NCBI GenBank assembly: GCA_963734535.1
Contig: CAVTHS010000014.1
Coordinates: 160,001 to 224,000, forward strand
Direction: 5' to 3'
Length of the DNA stretch: 64,000 bases
From: an uncultured Chloroflexia bacterium
Lineage (GTDB): Bacteria; Chloroflexota; Limnocylindria; Limnocylindrales; CSP1-4
Both the position numbers and the translations under genes were made by a program. The notes under the pieces were generated by a model that saw only the letters and a program-made list of their open reading frames with translations, made no database searches and was not told the DNA's origin. Below, piece after piece: positions 1 to 9,087 of this stretch. Position 1 is the stretch's first letter; each line of letters opens with the position of its first letter.

Positions 1-1559
1 GCACCGACATCCGGAGCTCGGTCACCGGCGGCACGACGATCACCAGTGACACCCTCACCGTGCGCATCACGGCGAACCCGGGCGAGACATTCCTCGACCG
101 GATGATCGCCCTCGTCGAGGGTGCGAAGCGACAGCGGACGCCAAACGAGATCGCGCTGTTCATCCTCCTCTCCGGCCTGACGATCGTCTTCCTGCTGGCG
201 ACGGCGACCATCCGGCCGTTCGGCCTCTACGCGAACGCACAGCTGGGCCTCGTGGTCCTCGTGGCCCTGCTCGTCTGCCTGATCCCGACGACGATCGGGG
301 GTCTCCTTTCGGCGATCGGCATCGCGGGCATGGACCGCGTGGCCCGCTTCAACGTCCTGGCGATGAGCGGCCGCGCCGTGGAGGCCTCCGGCGACGTCGA
401 CGTGATCCTGCTCGACAAGACGGGCACCATCACGTTCGGCAACCGGCTGGCGTCCCGGATCGTGGCCGTGCCCGGCATCGACGAGCGCGACGCCGTCGAG
501 GCAGCCCTGCTCACGTCGCTCGAGGACGAGACGCCGGAGGGCCGTTCGATCGTCGAGCTGGCGCGAACCCGGCTGGCCGCGCTGGGCGGGGCTGCCGACG
601 TCCGGTCCGTTCCAGCCGGCGGGGCGGTGGCCCAGGTCGTGCCCTTCTCTGCGCAGTCGCGGACCAGCGGCGTGATCCTCGCCGACGGGACCGTCGTCCT
701 CAAGGGCGCGGTGGACGCGATCGAGGCCGCCCTCGACGGCGCGGCGCCCCCGGCGCTGAAGGCGCTGAGCGACGAGATCGCGGGGCTCGGCGCAACGCCC
801 CTGGCGATCCGCCGGAACGGGACGGTCCTGGGCGTGATCGAGCTCAAGGACACGGTCAAGCCCGGTCTCCGCGCCCGGTTCGACGAGCTTCGCCGGATGG
901 GCATCCGGACGATCATGGTCACCGGCGACAATCCCCTGACCGCCCGGACGATCGCGGAAGAGGCCGGCGTGGACGACTTCATGGCCCAGGCCAAGCCAGA
1001 GGACAAGATCGCCCGGATCCGGGCCGAGCAGGCCGAGGGCCACCTCGTGGCGATGACCGGGGATGGCACGAACGACGCCCCGGCCGTGGCGCAAGCGGAC
1101 GTCGGGCTGGCGATGAACAGCGGGACGTCGGCGTGCAAGGAGGCCGCCAACATGGTCGACCTCGACTCCGACCCGACCAAGCTGATCGAGGTGATCGCGA
1201 TCGGCAAGCAGCTCCTCATCACCCGCGGCGCGATCACGACCTTCTCGATCGCCAACGATGTGGCCAAGTACTTCGCGATCCTGCCGGCGATGTTCGCGGT
1301 CGCGTACCCCGAGCTTCGCTCCCTGAACGTCATGGGTCTCGGCACGCCGGAGAGCGCCATCCTCTCGGCGGTGATCTTCAACGCGCTGATCATCATCGCC
1401 CTGGTCCCTCTTTCCCTGCGCGGCGTCGCCTACCGGGCGGCACCGGCTGCCGAGCTCTTGCGGCGCAACCTCCTGATCTACGGGGTCGGCGGCATCTTTG
1501 CGCCCTTCCTCGGGATCAAGCTGATCGACATCCTCGTCACCGCCGTCCACCTGGCGTAG
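1..1559 (+). CDS. kdpB: K+-transporting P-type ATPase subunit B (5' end outside window)
   Basis: The frame is open from base 3 ([11 protein letters not shown]...). Motifs [32 protein letters not shown] and [10 protein letters not shown] are present. Confidence 0.97.
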   Translation, partial: TDIRSSVTGGTTITSDTLTVRITANPGETFLDRMIALVEGAKRQRTPNEIALFILLSGLTIVFLLATATIRPFGLYANAQLGLVVLVALLVCLIPTTIGGLLSAIGIAGMDRVARFNVLAMSGRAVEASGDVDVILLDKTGTITFGNRLASRIVAVPGIDERDAVEAALLTSLEDETPEGRSIVELARTRLAALGGAADVRSVPAGGAVAQVVPFSAQSRTSGVILADGTVVLKGAVDAIEAALDGAAPPALKALSDEIAGLGATPLAIRRNGTVLGVIELKDTVKPGLRARFDELRRMGIRTIMVTGDNPLTARTIAEEAGVDDFMAQAKPEDKIARIRAEQAEGHLVAMTGDGTNDAPAVAQADVGLAMNSGTSACKEAANMVDLDSDPTKLIEVIAIGKQLLITRGAITTFSIANDVAKYFAILPAMFAVAYPELRSLNVMGLGTPESAILSAVIFNALIIIALVPLSLRGVAYRAAPAAELLRRNLLIYGVGGIFAPFLGIKLIDILVTAVHLA

Positions 1560-1568
1560 AGGTCTCCG

Positions 1569-2150
1569 ATGCGTGCGTTCGTCCGTCACCAGCTTTGGCC
1601 CGCAGTCGCCAGCCTGGCCCTCCTCACCCTCATCACCGGTTTCGTCTACCCGGCCGCCGTCACCGCGGTTGCCCAGGCCGTCTTCCCGAGCCAGGCCAAC
1701 GGCTCGTTCATCGTGGTGAACGGGACAACGGTCGGATCGAGCCTGATCGGCCAGGCCTTCAGTGACCCGAAGTACTTCTGGGGCCGGCCGTCGGCCGCCG
1801 GCGCGAACGGCTACGATGCGACCGCCTCGGGCGGCTCCAACCTTGGCCCCACGTCCAGGGCGCTCATCGATCGGATCACGAAGTCGGTTGACGACATGCG
1901 GGCAGCGAACGGGAACGCCCCGATCCCGGTCGACCTCGTGACGACCTCCGCCTCGGGGCTCGACCCGGACATCAGCCCGGACGCCGCCGAGTACCAGGTC
2001 GCACGCGTGGCGCAGGCGCGCGGCATGACCGCCGACCAGGTCCGGGCGCTGGTCGCGAAGCACACGAGCCAGCCGATCCTCGGCTTCCTGGGTGCGGCGA
2101 ACGTGAACGTCCTCGAGCTGAACCTGGACCTCGACGGGCTGTTGCGATGA
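1569..2150 (+). CDS. kdpC: K+-transporting ATPase subunit C
   Basis: N-terminal TM; ANGS, SSLIGQ, YFWGRPSA, SGGSNLGP, SASGLDPDIS and VNVLELNL; follows kdpB. Confidence 0.97.
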   Translation: MRAFVRHQLWPAVASLALLTLITGFVYPAAVTAVAQAVFPSQANGSFIVVNGTTVGSSLIGQAFSDPKYFWGRPSAAGANGYDATASGGSNLGPTSRALIDRITKSVDDMRAANGNAPIPVDLVTTSASGLDPDISPDAAEYQVARVAQARGMTADQVRALVAKHTSQPILGFLGAANVNVLELNLDLDGLLR

Positions 2151-3304
2151 GCACGGGAGCCAGCGACCCGCAGCGCCCGACCGCGGACCAGATGCTGGCG
2201 CGCCTGCAGGCCGACGAGCGTCCGGCCCGCGGTCGGCTCCGGATCTACCTGGGGATGGCGCCCGGCGTCGGGAAGACATACAAGATGCTCGAGGAGGCGC
2301 ATCGCCGGCACGATCGCGGCACGGATGCGGTGGTCGGGTTCGTCGAGACGTACGGCCGCCGGCACACGGCCGCGCTGCTCGACGGGCTCGAGGCGGTTCC
2401 GAGGCGGCGGATCGAGTACCGCGGCGTGGTGGTGGAGGAGATGGACGCCCAGGCGATCATCGACCGGCATCCGACGGTCGTCCTCGTCGACGAGCTCGCC
2501 CACACGAATGTGCCCGGCGCCGATCGGGAGAAGCGTTGGCAGGATGTCGAGCTGATCCGCGATGCCTCGATCGATGTCATCAGCACCTGCAACGTGCAGC
2601 ACATCGAATCCGTCGCCGCGGTCGTCGAGACGATCCTGGGCGTTCCCGTCCACGAGCGCGTGCCCGACGACGTCGTCCGCATGGCCGACGAGATCGAGCT
2701 CGTGGACATGAGCCCCCACGCCCTCCGGCAGCGGATGAGACACGGGAACGTCTATTCCCCGGACCGGGCCGCGATCGCCCTGGAGCGCTTCTTCACCGAG
2801 CCGAACCTCATCGCCCTGCGCGATCTCAGCCTGCGCTTCGTCGCCGGCCAGGTGGACCGCGAGCTCGAGGACCGCGTGGCCGAGCAGGGCATCGGCGTTC
2901 CGCCGGTCACGGAGCGAGTGACCGTCCTGGTCGACGAATCCCTGGCCTGCCGGCGGGCCGTGCGTCGCGCCGCATCGCTCGCCTCCGCGCTCCATGCCAC
3001 GCTCCTCGCCGTTGCCATCGAGTCAGCCGGTGTCCAGCTGTCGCGCGACCGCCAGCGGGACCTCCAGTCGAACGTCGACTACGCGGTCGATCTCGGCGCA
3101 GAGATCATCCGCGGCGAGACGTCGGACCTCGCCAGGGGCCTCGAGGAGGTGCTGCGAGACCAGCGCGTCACGCATCTCGTGCTTGCCCACCACCCTCGTC
3201 ACGGGATGGATCGCCTCGGCAGGCCGTCGCTGGCCGAGCGCATTCTCGCCGCGGTGCCGGGGATCGAGGTCCACCTGATCAGCGAATCGCCTCCGGTGGC
3301 ATGA
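2147..3304 (+). CDS. kdpD: KdpD N-terminal sensor domain plus USP domain (no TM or kinase part)
   Basis: GRLRIYLGMAPGVGKTYKML, VDELAHTN, KRWQDV, NVQHIES and C-terminal USP-like region; ATGA overlap with kdpC. Confidence 0.88.
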   Translation: MSTGASDPQRPTADQMLARLQADERPARGRLRIYLGMAPGVGKTYKMLEEAHRRHDRGTDAVVGFVETYGRRHTAALLDGLEAVPRRRIEYRGVVVEEMDAQAIIDRHPTVVLVDELAHTNVPGADREKRWQDVELIRDASIDVISTCNVQHIESVAAVVETILGVPVHERVPDDVVRMADEIELVDMSPHALRQRMRHGNVYSPDRAAIALERFFTEPNLIALRDLSLRFVAGQVDRELEDRVAEQGIGVPPVTERVTVLVDESLACRRAVRRAASLASALHATLLAVAIESAGVQLSRDRQRDLQSNVDYAVDLGAEIIRGETSDLARGLEEVLRDQRVTHLVLAHHPRHGMDRLGRPSLAERILAAVPGIEVHLISESPPVA

Positions 3305-3372
3305 GCGCACCCGGCCCGGGCCGGACGAGCACGGGCGGTGCGGAAGGGGGCCGTCGGGTGCAGAATCGCCGC

Positions 3373-4398
3373 ATGCCATACGTTCCAGCTCCCACGCGCT
3401 ACGACGACATGCAGTACCGGCGATCGGGACGGAGCGGGCTCCACCTGCCCGCGATCTCGCTCGGCCTCTGGCAGAACTTCGGGCACGGCCGCCCGATCGA
3501 CGGCCAGCGCTCGATCATCCACCGTGCCTTCGACCTGGGCATCACCCACTTCGACCTGGCCAACAACTACGGGCCGCCGTACGGCTCGGCGGAGGAGAAC
3601 TTCGGGCGAATCCTCGCCTCGGACCTTGCCGGCTACCGGGACGAGCTGGTCATCTCGTCGAAGGCGGGATACGACATGTGGCCGGGGCCGTACGGCGAGT
3701 GGGGCTCCCGGAAGTACCTGGCGGCGAGCCTCGACCAGAGCCTTCGCCGGATGGGTCTCGATTACGTCGACATCTTCTACTCCCACCGCTTCGACCCGGA
3801 GACCCCGCTCGAGGAGACGATGGGTGCCCTCGACGCCGCCGTGCGGCAGGGCAAGGCGCTCTATGCCGGCATCTCCTCCTACTCGGCAGCCCAGACCCGA
3901 GCGGCGGTGGCGATCCTGCGGGCGATGGGAACGCCGCTCCTCATCACGCAGCCGTCCTACTCCATGCTCAATCGCTGGATCGAGGGAGGCCTCCTCGACG
4001 TCCTCGGGGACGAGGGTGTCGGCTGCATCGTGTTCTCGCCGCTCGCGCAGGGCGTGCTGACCGGCAAGTACCTCCGCGGCATCCCCGCGGGTTCGCGCGC
4101 GGAGTCGGGCAGCTCGCTCTCGCCGGAGCTCCTCGCCGCCGAGACGCTGGCGAAGGTGCGCGCGCTCGCCGACATCGCCGGGAGGCGGGGCCAGAGCCTG
4201 GCGCAGATGGCCCTCGCCTGGGCGCTCCGCGACCCGCGGGTGACCTCCGCGCTCGTGGGAGCTGGCAGCGTCGCGCAGCTCGAGGAGAACATCGCCGCGC
4301 TCGGGAACCTCGCGTTCTCCGCGACCGAGCTCGCCGAGATCGACCGCTACGCGACCGAGAGCGGGATCAACCTCTGGGCGGCGTCAAGCAAGTCGTGA
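3373..4398 (+). CDS. Aldo/keto reductase, L-glyceraldehyde-3-phosphate reductase (YghZ/MgrA-like)
   Basis: RYDDMQYRRSGRSGLHLPAISLGLWQNFG, HFDLANNYGPPYGSAEENFG, KAGYDMWPGPYGEWGSRKYL. The start is ATG 3373 within the longer track ORF. Confidence 0.93.
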   Translation: MPYVPAPTRYDDMQYRRSGRSGLHLPAISLGLWQNFGHGRPIDGQRSIIHRAFDLGITHFDLANNYGPPYGSAEENFGRILASDLAGYRDELVISSKAGYDMWPGPYGEWGSRKYLAASLDQSLRRMGLDYVDIFYSHRFDPETPLEETMGALDAAVRQGKALYAGISSYSAAQTRAAVAILRAMGTPLLITQPSYSMLNRWIEGGLLDVLGDEGVGCIVFSPLAQGVLTGKYLRGIPAGSRAESGSSLSPELLAAETLAKVRALADIAGRRGQSLAQMALAWALRDPRVTSALVGAGSVAQLEENIAALGNLAFSATELAEIDRYATESGINLWAASSKS

Positions 4399-4466
4399 GG
4401 CGCCGCGTTGGGCCGGTCTCCGCCGGCCGGCGGAGACCGATCGCCAGCACCAAGGGGGAGAAGATC

Positions 4467-4883
4467 GTGGACTGGAAGCTCGAGCTCATCGTGGTCCCCG
4501 TCTCCGACGTCGACCGCGCCAAGACCTTCTATCTCGAGAAGGCCGGTTTCAGCCTGGACGTCGACCATGTCGCGGGCGACTTCCGGGTCGTGCAACTGAC
4601 GCCCGCAGGGTCTGCGTGCTCGATCGCCCTCATGCGGCACACGGAGGGAGCCGCGGGGTCGCTCCAGGGTCTGCAGCTCGTCGTCACCGACATCGACGCC
4701 GCGCGTTCCGAGCTCGTTGGACGAGGGATGGACGCGAGCGAGATCTTCCACTTCGAGTCCGGCCGGCAGGTGCCGGGCCCCGATCCCGAGCGCGCCCCGT
4801 ACAACTCGTTCCTCTCGTTCAGCGACCCAGACGGCAACGGCTGGATGGTCCAGGAGGGGAGGCGCGCCGAGTCGCCGGCCTGA
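4467..4883 (+). CDS. VOC/glyoxalase family protein
   Basis: GTG start after a GGGGAG SD; KLELIVVPVSDVDRAKTFY, FRVVQLTPAGSACSI, FSDPDGNGWMVQE. Confidence 0.9.
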   Translation: MDWKLELIVVPVSDVDRAKTFYLEKAGFSLDVDHVAGDFRVVQLTPAGSACSIALMRHTEGAAGSLQGLQLVVTDIDAARSELVGRGMDASEIFHFESGRQVPGPDPERAPYNSFLSFSDPDGNGWMVQEGRRAESPA

Positions 4884-4959
4884 TCGTCACGCCCGAAGGG
4901 CCGGGGGAGGCCGAGCCGGCGGACGTCGCAGGCGACTCCGAAGCCGTTCGCGGCCATGG

Positions 4960-5187
4960 TCACCGGGCGGTGCGCGTCTCCACCCCGCGGTCGTCGGCCT
5001 GGCCGGACGGCTGGACAATCCTGCCCGACCACCCACCCCCCTCGGCCTCGACGAGCCGCTCGAGCTCGCCCTGGTCGAGGAAGATGCCCCGGCAGTCCTC
5101 GCACTGCTCGACGAGGATCGTGCTGCGCTCGTACGGGCGCATGCGCCCGCCGCACTTCGGGCACGCGAGTTCGCGCGAGGCTGTCAT
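4960..5187 (-). CDS. Small zinc-ribbon protein (zf-TFIIB-like)
   Basis: CPKC-x16-CEDC followed by RGIFLDQGELERL; AAGGAG SD just upstream of the ATG. Confidence 0.85.
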   Translation of the reverse strand: MTASRELACPKCGGRMRPYERSTILVEQCEDCRGIFLDQGELERLVEAEGGGWSGRIVQPSGQADDRGVETRTAR

Positions 5188-5310
5188 CGGCTACTCCTTC
5201 GAGGTGGGGTCGAGCCGGGACGCGCGCCGATCCGAGGAATGCCAGGCCGGCCGCATCGGGGAGGGTGGTGGCGACGGAGGGAGTCCATCAGCGGCTCCGG
5301 CAGGAACGTA

Positions 5311-5406
5311 TCGAAGGTCTCGCCCGCTCGCACAGCGGCCCGCCGACCGGGCGTGCCAGCGGCCCGCCGGGATGTCGATCGAACGGAGGTGGACTACTCC
5401 CCTTCG
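5311..5406 (-). ncRNA. yybP-ykoY manganese riboswitch
   Basis: The minus strand reads GAAGGGGAGTAG...GATCGACATC...CCGG...GGCGAGACCTTCGA, the family signature, with P1 GAAGG/CCTTC. It begins about 7 nt after a TATGAT -10 box. Recognised by eye, not by covariance model. Confidence 0.82.
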
Positions 5407-5412
5407 CGCTCC

Positions 5413-5418
5413 ATCATA
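5413..5418 (-). promoter_or_regulatory. -10 box (TATGAT) for the riboswitch transcript
   Basis: ATCATA on the plus strand, 6-7 nt upstream of the riboswitch 5' end. Confidence 0.55.
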
Positions 5419-5655
5419 CGGAGACGCCTCGACTCCGCTCATGCCGCTTGGCCTGAAGGTCGGCTGAACGGCTCTCGCGGGGCTGGGCCCCGTCGCGCCA
5501 CCTCGCGCGCAGGCCATCCCGGGCCTCATGGGCCGTTGCCGCGGGCAGATCGGCCCTTGTCGCGCCTCGCTGGCGGCGTCGACGATCGCGGGGCGGCGAT
5601 CGGCGCGACCCCGATTGAGGTCCAACGCGGGCTGCGCGCGCCCGCCGGAGGTGGC

Positions 5656-6606
5656 ATGTCTCTCGTCATCGACGGGCTTCGCAAGCGCTTCGACGAGGTG
5701 GTGGCCCTCGACGGCGTCGGCTTCACCGTCAACCCCGGCCAGGTGTTCGGCTTCCTCGGCCCCAACGGTGCCGGGAAGACCACGACCATGCGCATCGTCC
5801 TCGACATCCTCCACGCTGACCAAGGCTCGGTGACGTGGAAGGGCCAGGCCGCCGCCCGCGTTGCCAAGCGCACGTGGGGCTACCTGCCCGAGGACCGCGG
5901 GCTGTACCCACGGATGAAGGTCCTCGATCAGCTCGTGTTCTTCGGGTCGCTCCATGGGCTCACGCGCGCCGACGCGGCAGCGCGCACCAGGCACTGGCTC
6001 GCCCGCTTTCGCATCAGCGACTATGCGACGCGACGGGCCGACCAGCTGAGCAAGGGCAACCAGCAGAAGGTCCAGTTCATCGCGGGAATCCTGCACGACC
6101 CGGACGTCCTCCTCATGGACGAGCCGTTCTCCGGCCTCGACCCGATCAATGCAGCCCTCCTCAAGGACGCGTTCCTGGAGCTGAAGGACCGGGGCAGGGC
6201 GATCGTGTTCAGCACCCACCAGATGGACCAGGTCGAGGAGCTGTGCGATGCGATCGCGATCATCGATCGCGGCCGGATGGTGGTGAGCGGCGCCACGGCC
6301 GAGGTGCGCCGGCAAGCAGGGCGCCGGGTCGTGCAAATCGCCGTCGCCGGCGACCCGGATCTCGCCTGGCTCGACGCCCTGCCCGGCGTCCTCGTGACTC
6401 GCTCGGGCCTCGACTACCACGAGCTGGACGTTCGCGACGGGGGCAACCCGGACAGCATCCTGCGCGCCGCCTTCGATCGGGGCGCACAGGTGACCCGCTT
6501 CGAGATCGCGGACCCATCGATCGAGGATATCTTCATCGAACGCGTCGGGGTGACGAGCACCGAGGAACGAACGCTGGCGGCCGCGCCGGCGGAGGTCGCC
6601 CGATGA
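5656..6606 (+). CDS. ABC-2 type transporter ATP-binding protein (NatA/YhaQ-like)
   Basis: GGAGG SD; GPNGAGKTT, LSKGNQQK, LLMDEPFSGLDP, STH. Confidence 0.93.
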   Translation: MSLVIDGLRKRFDEVVALDGVGFTVNPGQVFGFLGPNGAGKTTTMRIVLDILHADQGSVTWKGQAAARVAKRTWGYLPEDRGLYPRMKVLDQLVFFGSLHGLTRADAAARTRHWLARFRISDYATRRADQLSKGNQQKVQFIAGILHDPDVLLMDEPFSGLDPINAALLKDAFLELKDRGRAIVFSTHQMDQVEELCDAIAIIDRGRMVVSGATAEVRRQAGRRVVQIAVAGDPDLAWLDALPGVLVTRSGLDYHELDVRDGGNPDSILRAAFDRGAQVTRFEIADPSIEDIFIERVGVTSTEERTLAAAPAEVAR

Positions 6607-7970
6607 GCCCGGAGTGGTCGGCCAACGTCGCCAACATCGGGGCCGTGACGCGCCGGGAGTTCGTCACCCGGACCGGCAACCGCGGCTTCATCATCTCGAC
6701 CCTGATTCTCGTCATCGCGTCGGTCGCGATCGGGCTGGCGCCCGTGGTGATCCGGTTCATCGACCGTAACACCACCCAGACCGTCGCCGTCTACGCGGGA
6801 GCGGCCGACCTGCACGGCGACCCGGTGGCCACCCTCGACGCGCTCCTCAATGCCGCGGCCGGCACCCCTCCGCCGAACGGATCCGGCGCGAACGGCGGGA
6901 AGAGGGACTTCACCGTCGAGCCCGCCGCCGACCCGGCTGCCGCACGCCAGGGCGTGCTCGACGGAACGCTGAATGCCCTGGTCGACATCGAGCGAGACCC
7001 GACAGGCGAGCCCGTCTTCACGATCTACGCCAAGGATCCCGGGACCAGCCGCACGGTGACCCTGATCCGCCAGGCGGTCGCCTCCATCGCGATCGCCGAC
7101 CGGCTCGGCAACGCGGGCCTCTCGGTGGCCGAGCAGTCGCACCTCTTCTCACCCCCGACGGTGCGAGCCCTCTCGCCCGACCCTGCGAAGCAGGGCCCGG
7201 ACGGGCAGCCCTCCCCTGCAAAGACCGCGACCGACGAGATCAGCAACTTCGCGGTCACCTTCGGCCTGGTGATGTTCCTCTTCCTCGCCGTGATCATCTA
7301 TGGCACGTGGATCGCGATGAGCGTCGTCGAAGAGAAGACGAACCGGGTGATGGAGATCATCCTCTCTACCGCTTCGCCATTCCAGCTGCTCGCGGGCAAG
7401 GTCCTCGGGGTCGGCGGCGCGGCCCTGACGCAGTACCTCGCGGTGCTGGCGGCCGCGCTCGCCGCGATCCTGCTCCAGGGCCAGGTCGCCGCCCTCGTGC
7501 TCGGGGATTCTGGCGGGCTCAGCCTGCCGACGGGGCTCACGCCGGGAATCCTGCTGGTCTTCTCGGTCTACTTCGTGCTGGGGTTCATGCTGTACGCGGT
7601 GCTCTTCGCGGCCGCGGGCTCGCTCGTGAGCCGCCAGGAAGACGTGAGCCAGGTCGTGACGCCGATGACCCTGGTCTCGACCGCGGGCTACCTCATCGGC
7701 CTGTATGCGTCCATCGGCATCGTCGACGCGAACGCCTCCTGGGTCGTGGCTCTCTCGTGGGTCCCGTTCCTCTCGCCATACATGATGCTCGGGCGCCTGA
7801 GCGCCGGCGAAGCCGGGCCGGTCGAGGTCGTCGGGACGATGGCGCTCATGGTCGTCACGATCGTCGTCGCCGTCTGGGTGGCGGCCCGCATCTACAGCGC
7901 CGGCGTCCTGATGTACGGCCAGCGGCCCGGCATCCGGCGCATGTGGAAGGCGCTCCGCGAGGCCCGCTGA
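6603..7970 (+). CDS. ABC-2 type transporter permease (NatB/YhaP-like)
   Basis: ATGA overlap; REF...K/R N-terminus; VVEEKTNRVMEII; LLAGKVLG; multiple TM segments. Confidence 0.9.
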   Translation: MSPEWSANVANIGAVTRREFVTRTGNRGFIISTLILVIASVAIGLAPVVIRFIDRNTTQTVAVYAGAADLHGDPVATLDALLNAAAGTPPPNGSGANGGKRDFTVEPAADPAAARQGVLDGTLNALVDIERDPTGEPVFTIYAKDPGTSRTVTLIRQAVASIAIADRLGNAGLSVAEQSHLFSPPTVRALSPDPAKQGPDGQPSPAKTATDEISNFAVTFGLVMFLFLAVIIYGTWIAMSVVEEKTNRVMEIILSTASPFQLLAGKVLGVGGAALTQYLAVLAAALAAILLQGQVAALVLGDSGGLSLPTGLTPGILLVFSVYFVLGFMLYAVLFAAAGSLVSRQEDVSQVVTPMTLVSTAGYLIGLYASIGIVDANASWVVALSWVPFLSPYMMLGRLSAGEAGPVEVVGTMALMVVTIVVAVWVAARIYSAGVLMYGQRPGIRRMWKALREAR

Positions 7971-8182
7971 GTCAGCGACGCGCCGGAAGAACGCCGACCA
8001 CCGGGGTCCCGGACGCCATGGGCGTGGCAACGTGAGGGCGTGGGTCACCCTCACTGCGCAGGCGGCCGTCGTACGCCGGCGCGCTGGTTCGCGGCCAGTC
8101 GGATAGACTCGCCAGCCGGCTTCCGCCCGAAGGACGGAGGGCGCGACGCGCCCACCCGGCCTCGACTCGCGAGAGGAGCCCC

Positions 8183-8986
8183 ATGGCTGCAGTCCCCGCC
8201 ACGTTCGGCCTCGCCACCGTCAATGGAATCGAGCTGGCCTACCAGGTCCACGGCAGCGGCAGGCCGCTCGTCCTGCTCCATGGCGGATTCGGGTCGGTCG
8301 AGATGTTCGGGGCCAACGTCGCTGCCCTCGCCGCGGGTCGCTCCGTCATCGGCGTCGACCTGCAGTCCCACGGGCGGACGCCCGCCGTCGACCGGCCGAT
8401 GCGCTTCGAGACGATGGCCGACGACGTCGCCGCCCTGATCGGCCATCTCGGCCACGAGCAGGCAGACGTCATGGGCTTCTCGTTCGGTGGCGGCGTTGCG
8501 CTCAGGACGGCGATCCAGCATCCGGATCTGGTCCGCCGGCTGGTCGTCGTCTCCGCGCCCTTCAGGCGCGACGGGTGGCATCCCGAGATGGTCGCCGGCT
8601 TCGCAACCATGGGCCCCGAGATCGCGGAACCATTCAAGCAGACGCCGATGTACGCGACCTACCGCGAGATCGCGCCGCGCGTGGAGGACTGGCCGATCCT
8701 CGTGACGCAGCTCACCGGGCTGCTCAAGCTCGACTACGACTGGACCGACGAGGTGCGCGGCCTGCCCATGCCGGTGATGGTCGTCGCCGGCGACGCGGAC
8801 GGCCTGCCGCCTCGCCACGCGGTCGAGCTCTTCGAGCTCCTCGGCGGTGGCCTGCGCGATGCGGTGTGGGACCACTCCGGGATGACCAGGCACGCACTTG
8901 CCATCCTGCCTCGCGCCACCCATTACGAGATCAACGTTGCGCCGGCCCTCGCGTCGAGCGTCGCGGCGTTCCTCGACGAGGCCTAG
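8183..8986 (+). CDS. Alpha/beta fold hydrolase
   Basis: PLVLLHGG, DLQSHGRT, GFSFGG nucleophile elbow, GDAD and ATHY; GAGGAG SD. Confidence 0.9.
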   Translation: MAAVPATFGLATVNGIELAYQVHGSGRPLVLLHGGFGSVEMFGANVAALAAGRSVIGVDLQSHGRTPAVDRPMRFETMADDVAALIGHLGHEQADVMGFSFGGGVALRTAIQHPDLVRRLVVVSAPFRRDGWHPEMVAGFATMGPEIAEPFKQTPMYATYREIAPRVEDWPILVTQLTGLLKLDYDWTDEVRGLPMPVMVVAGDADGLPPRHAVELFELLGGGLRDAVWDHSGMTRHALAILPRATHYEINVAPALASSVAAFLDEA

Positions 8987-9087
8987 GCCCCGGCTCGGCA
9001 GCCGCGTGACCGCGAGGGTCTTCCCGTCCGGCGGGGACCGCGGGCACGGGTTCGGGCCTCGCCCCGGCATGGGATGATCGGCAGCCG

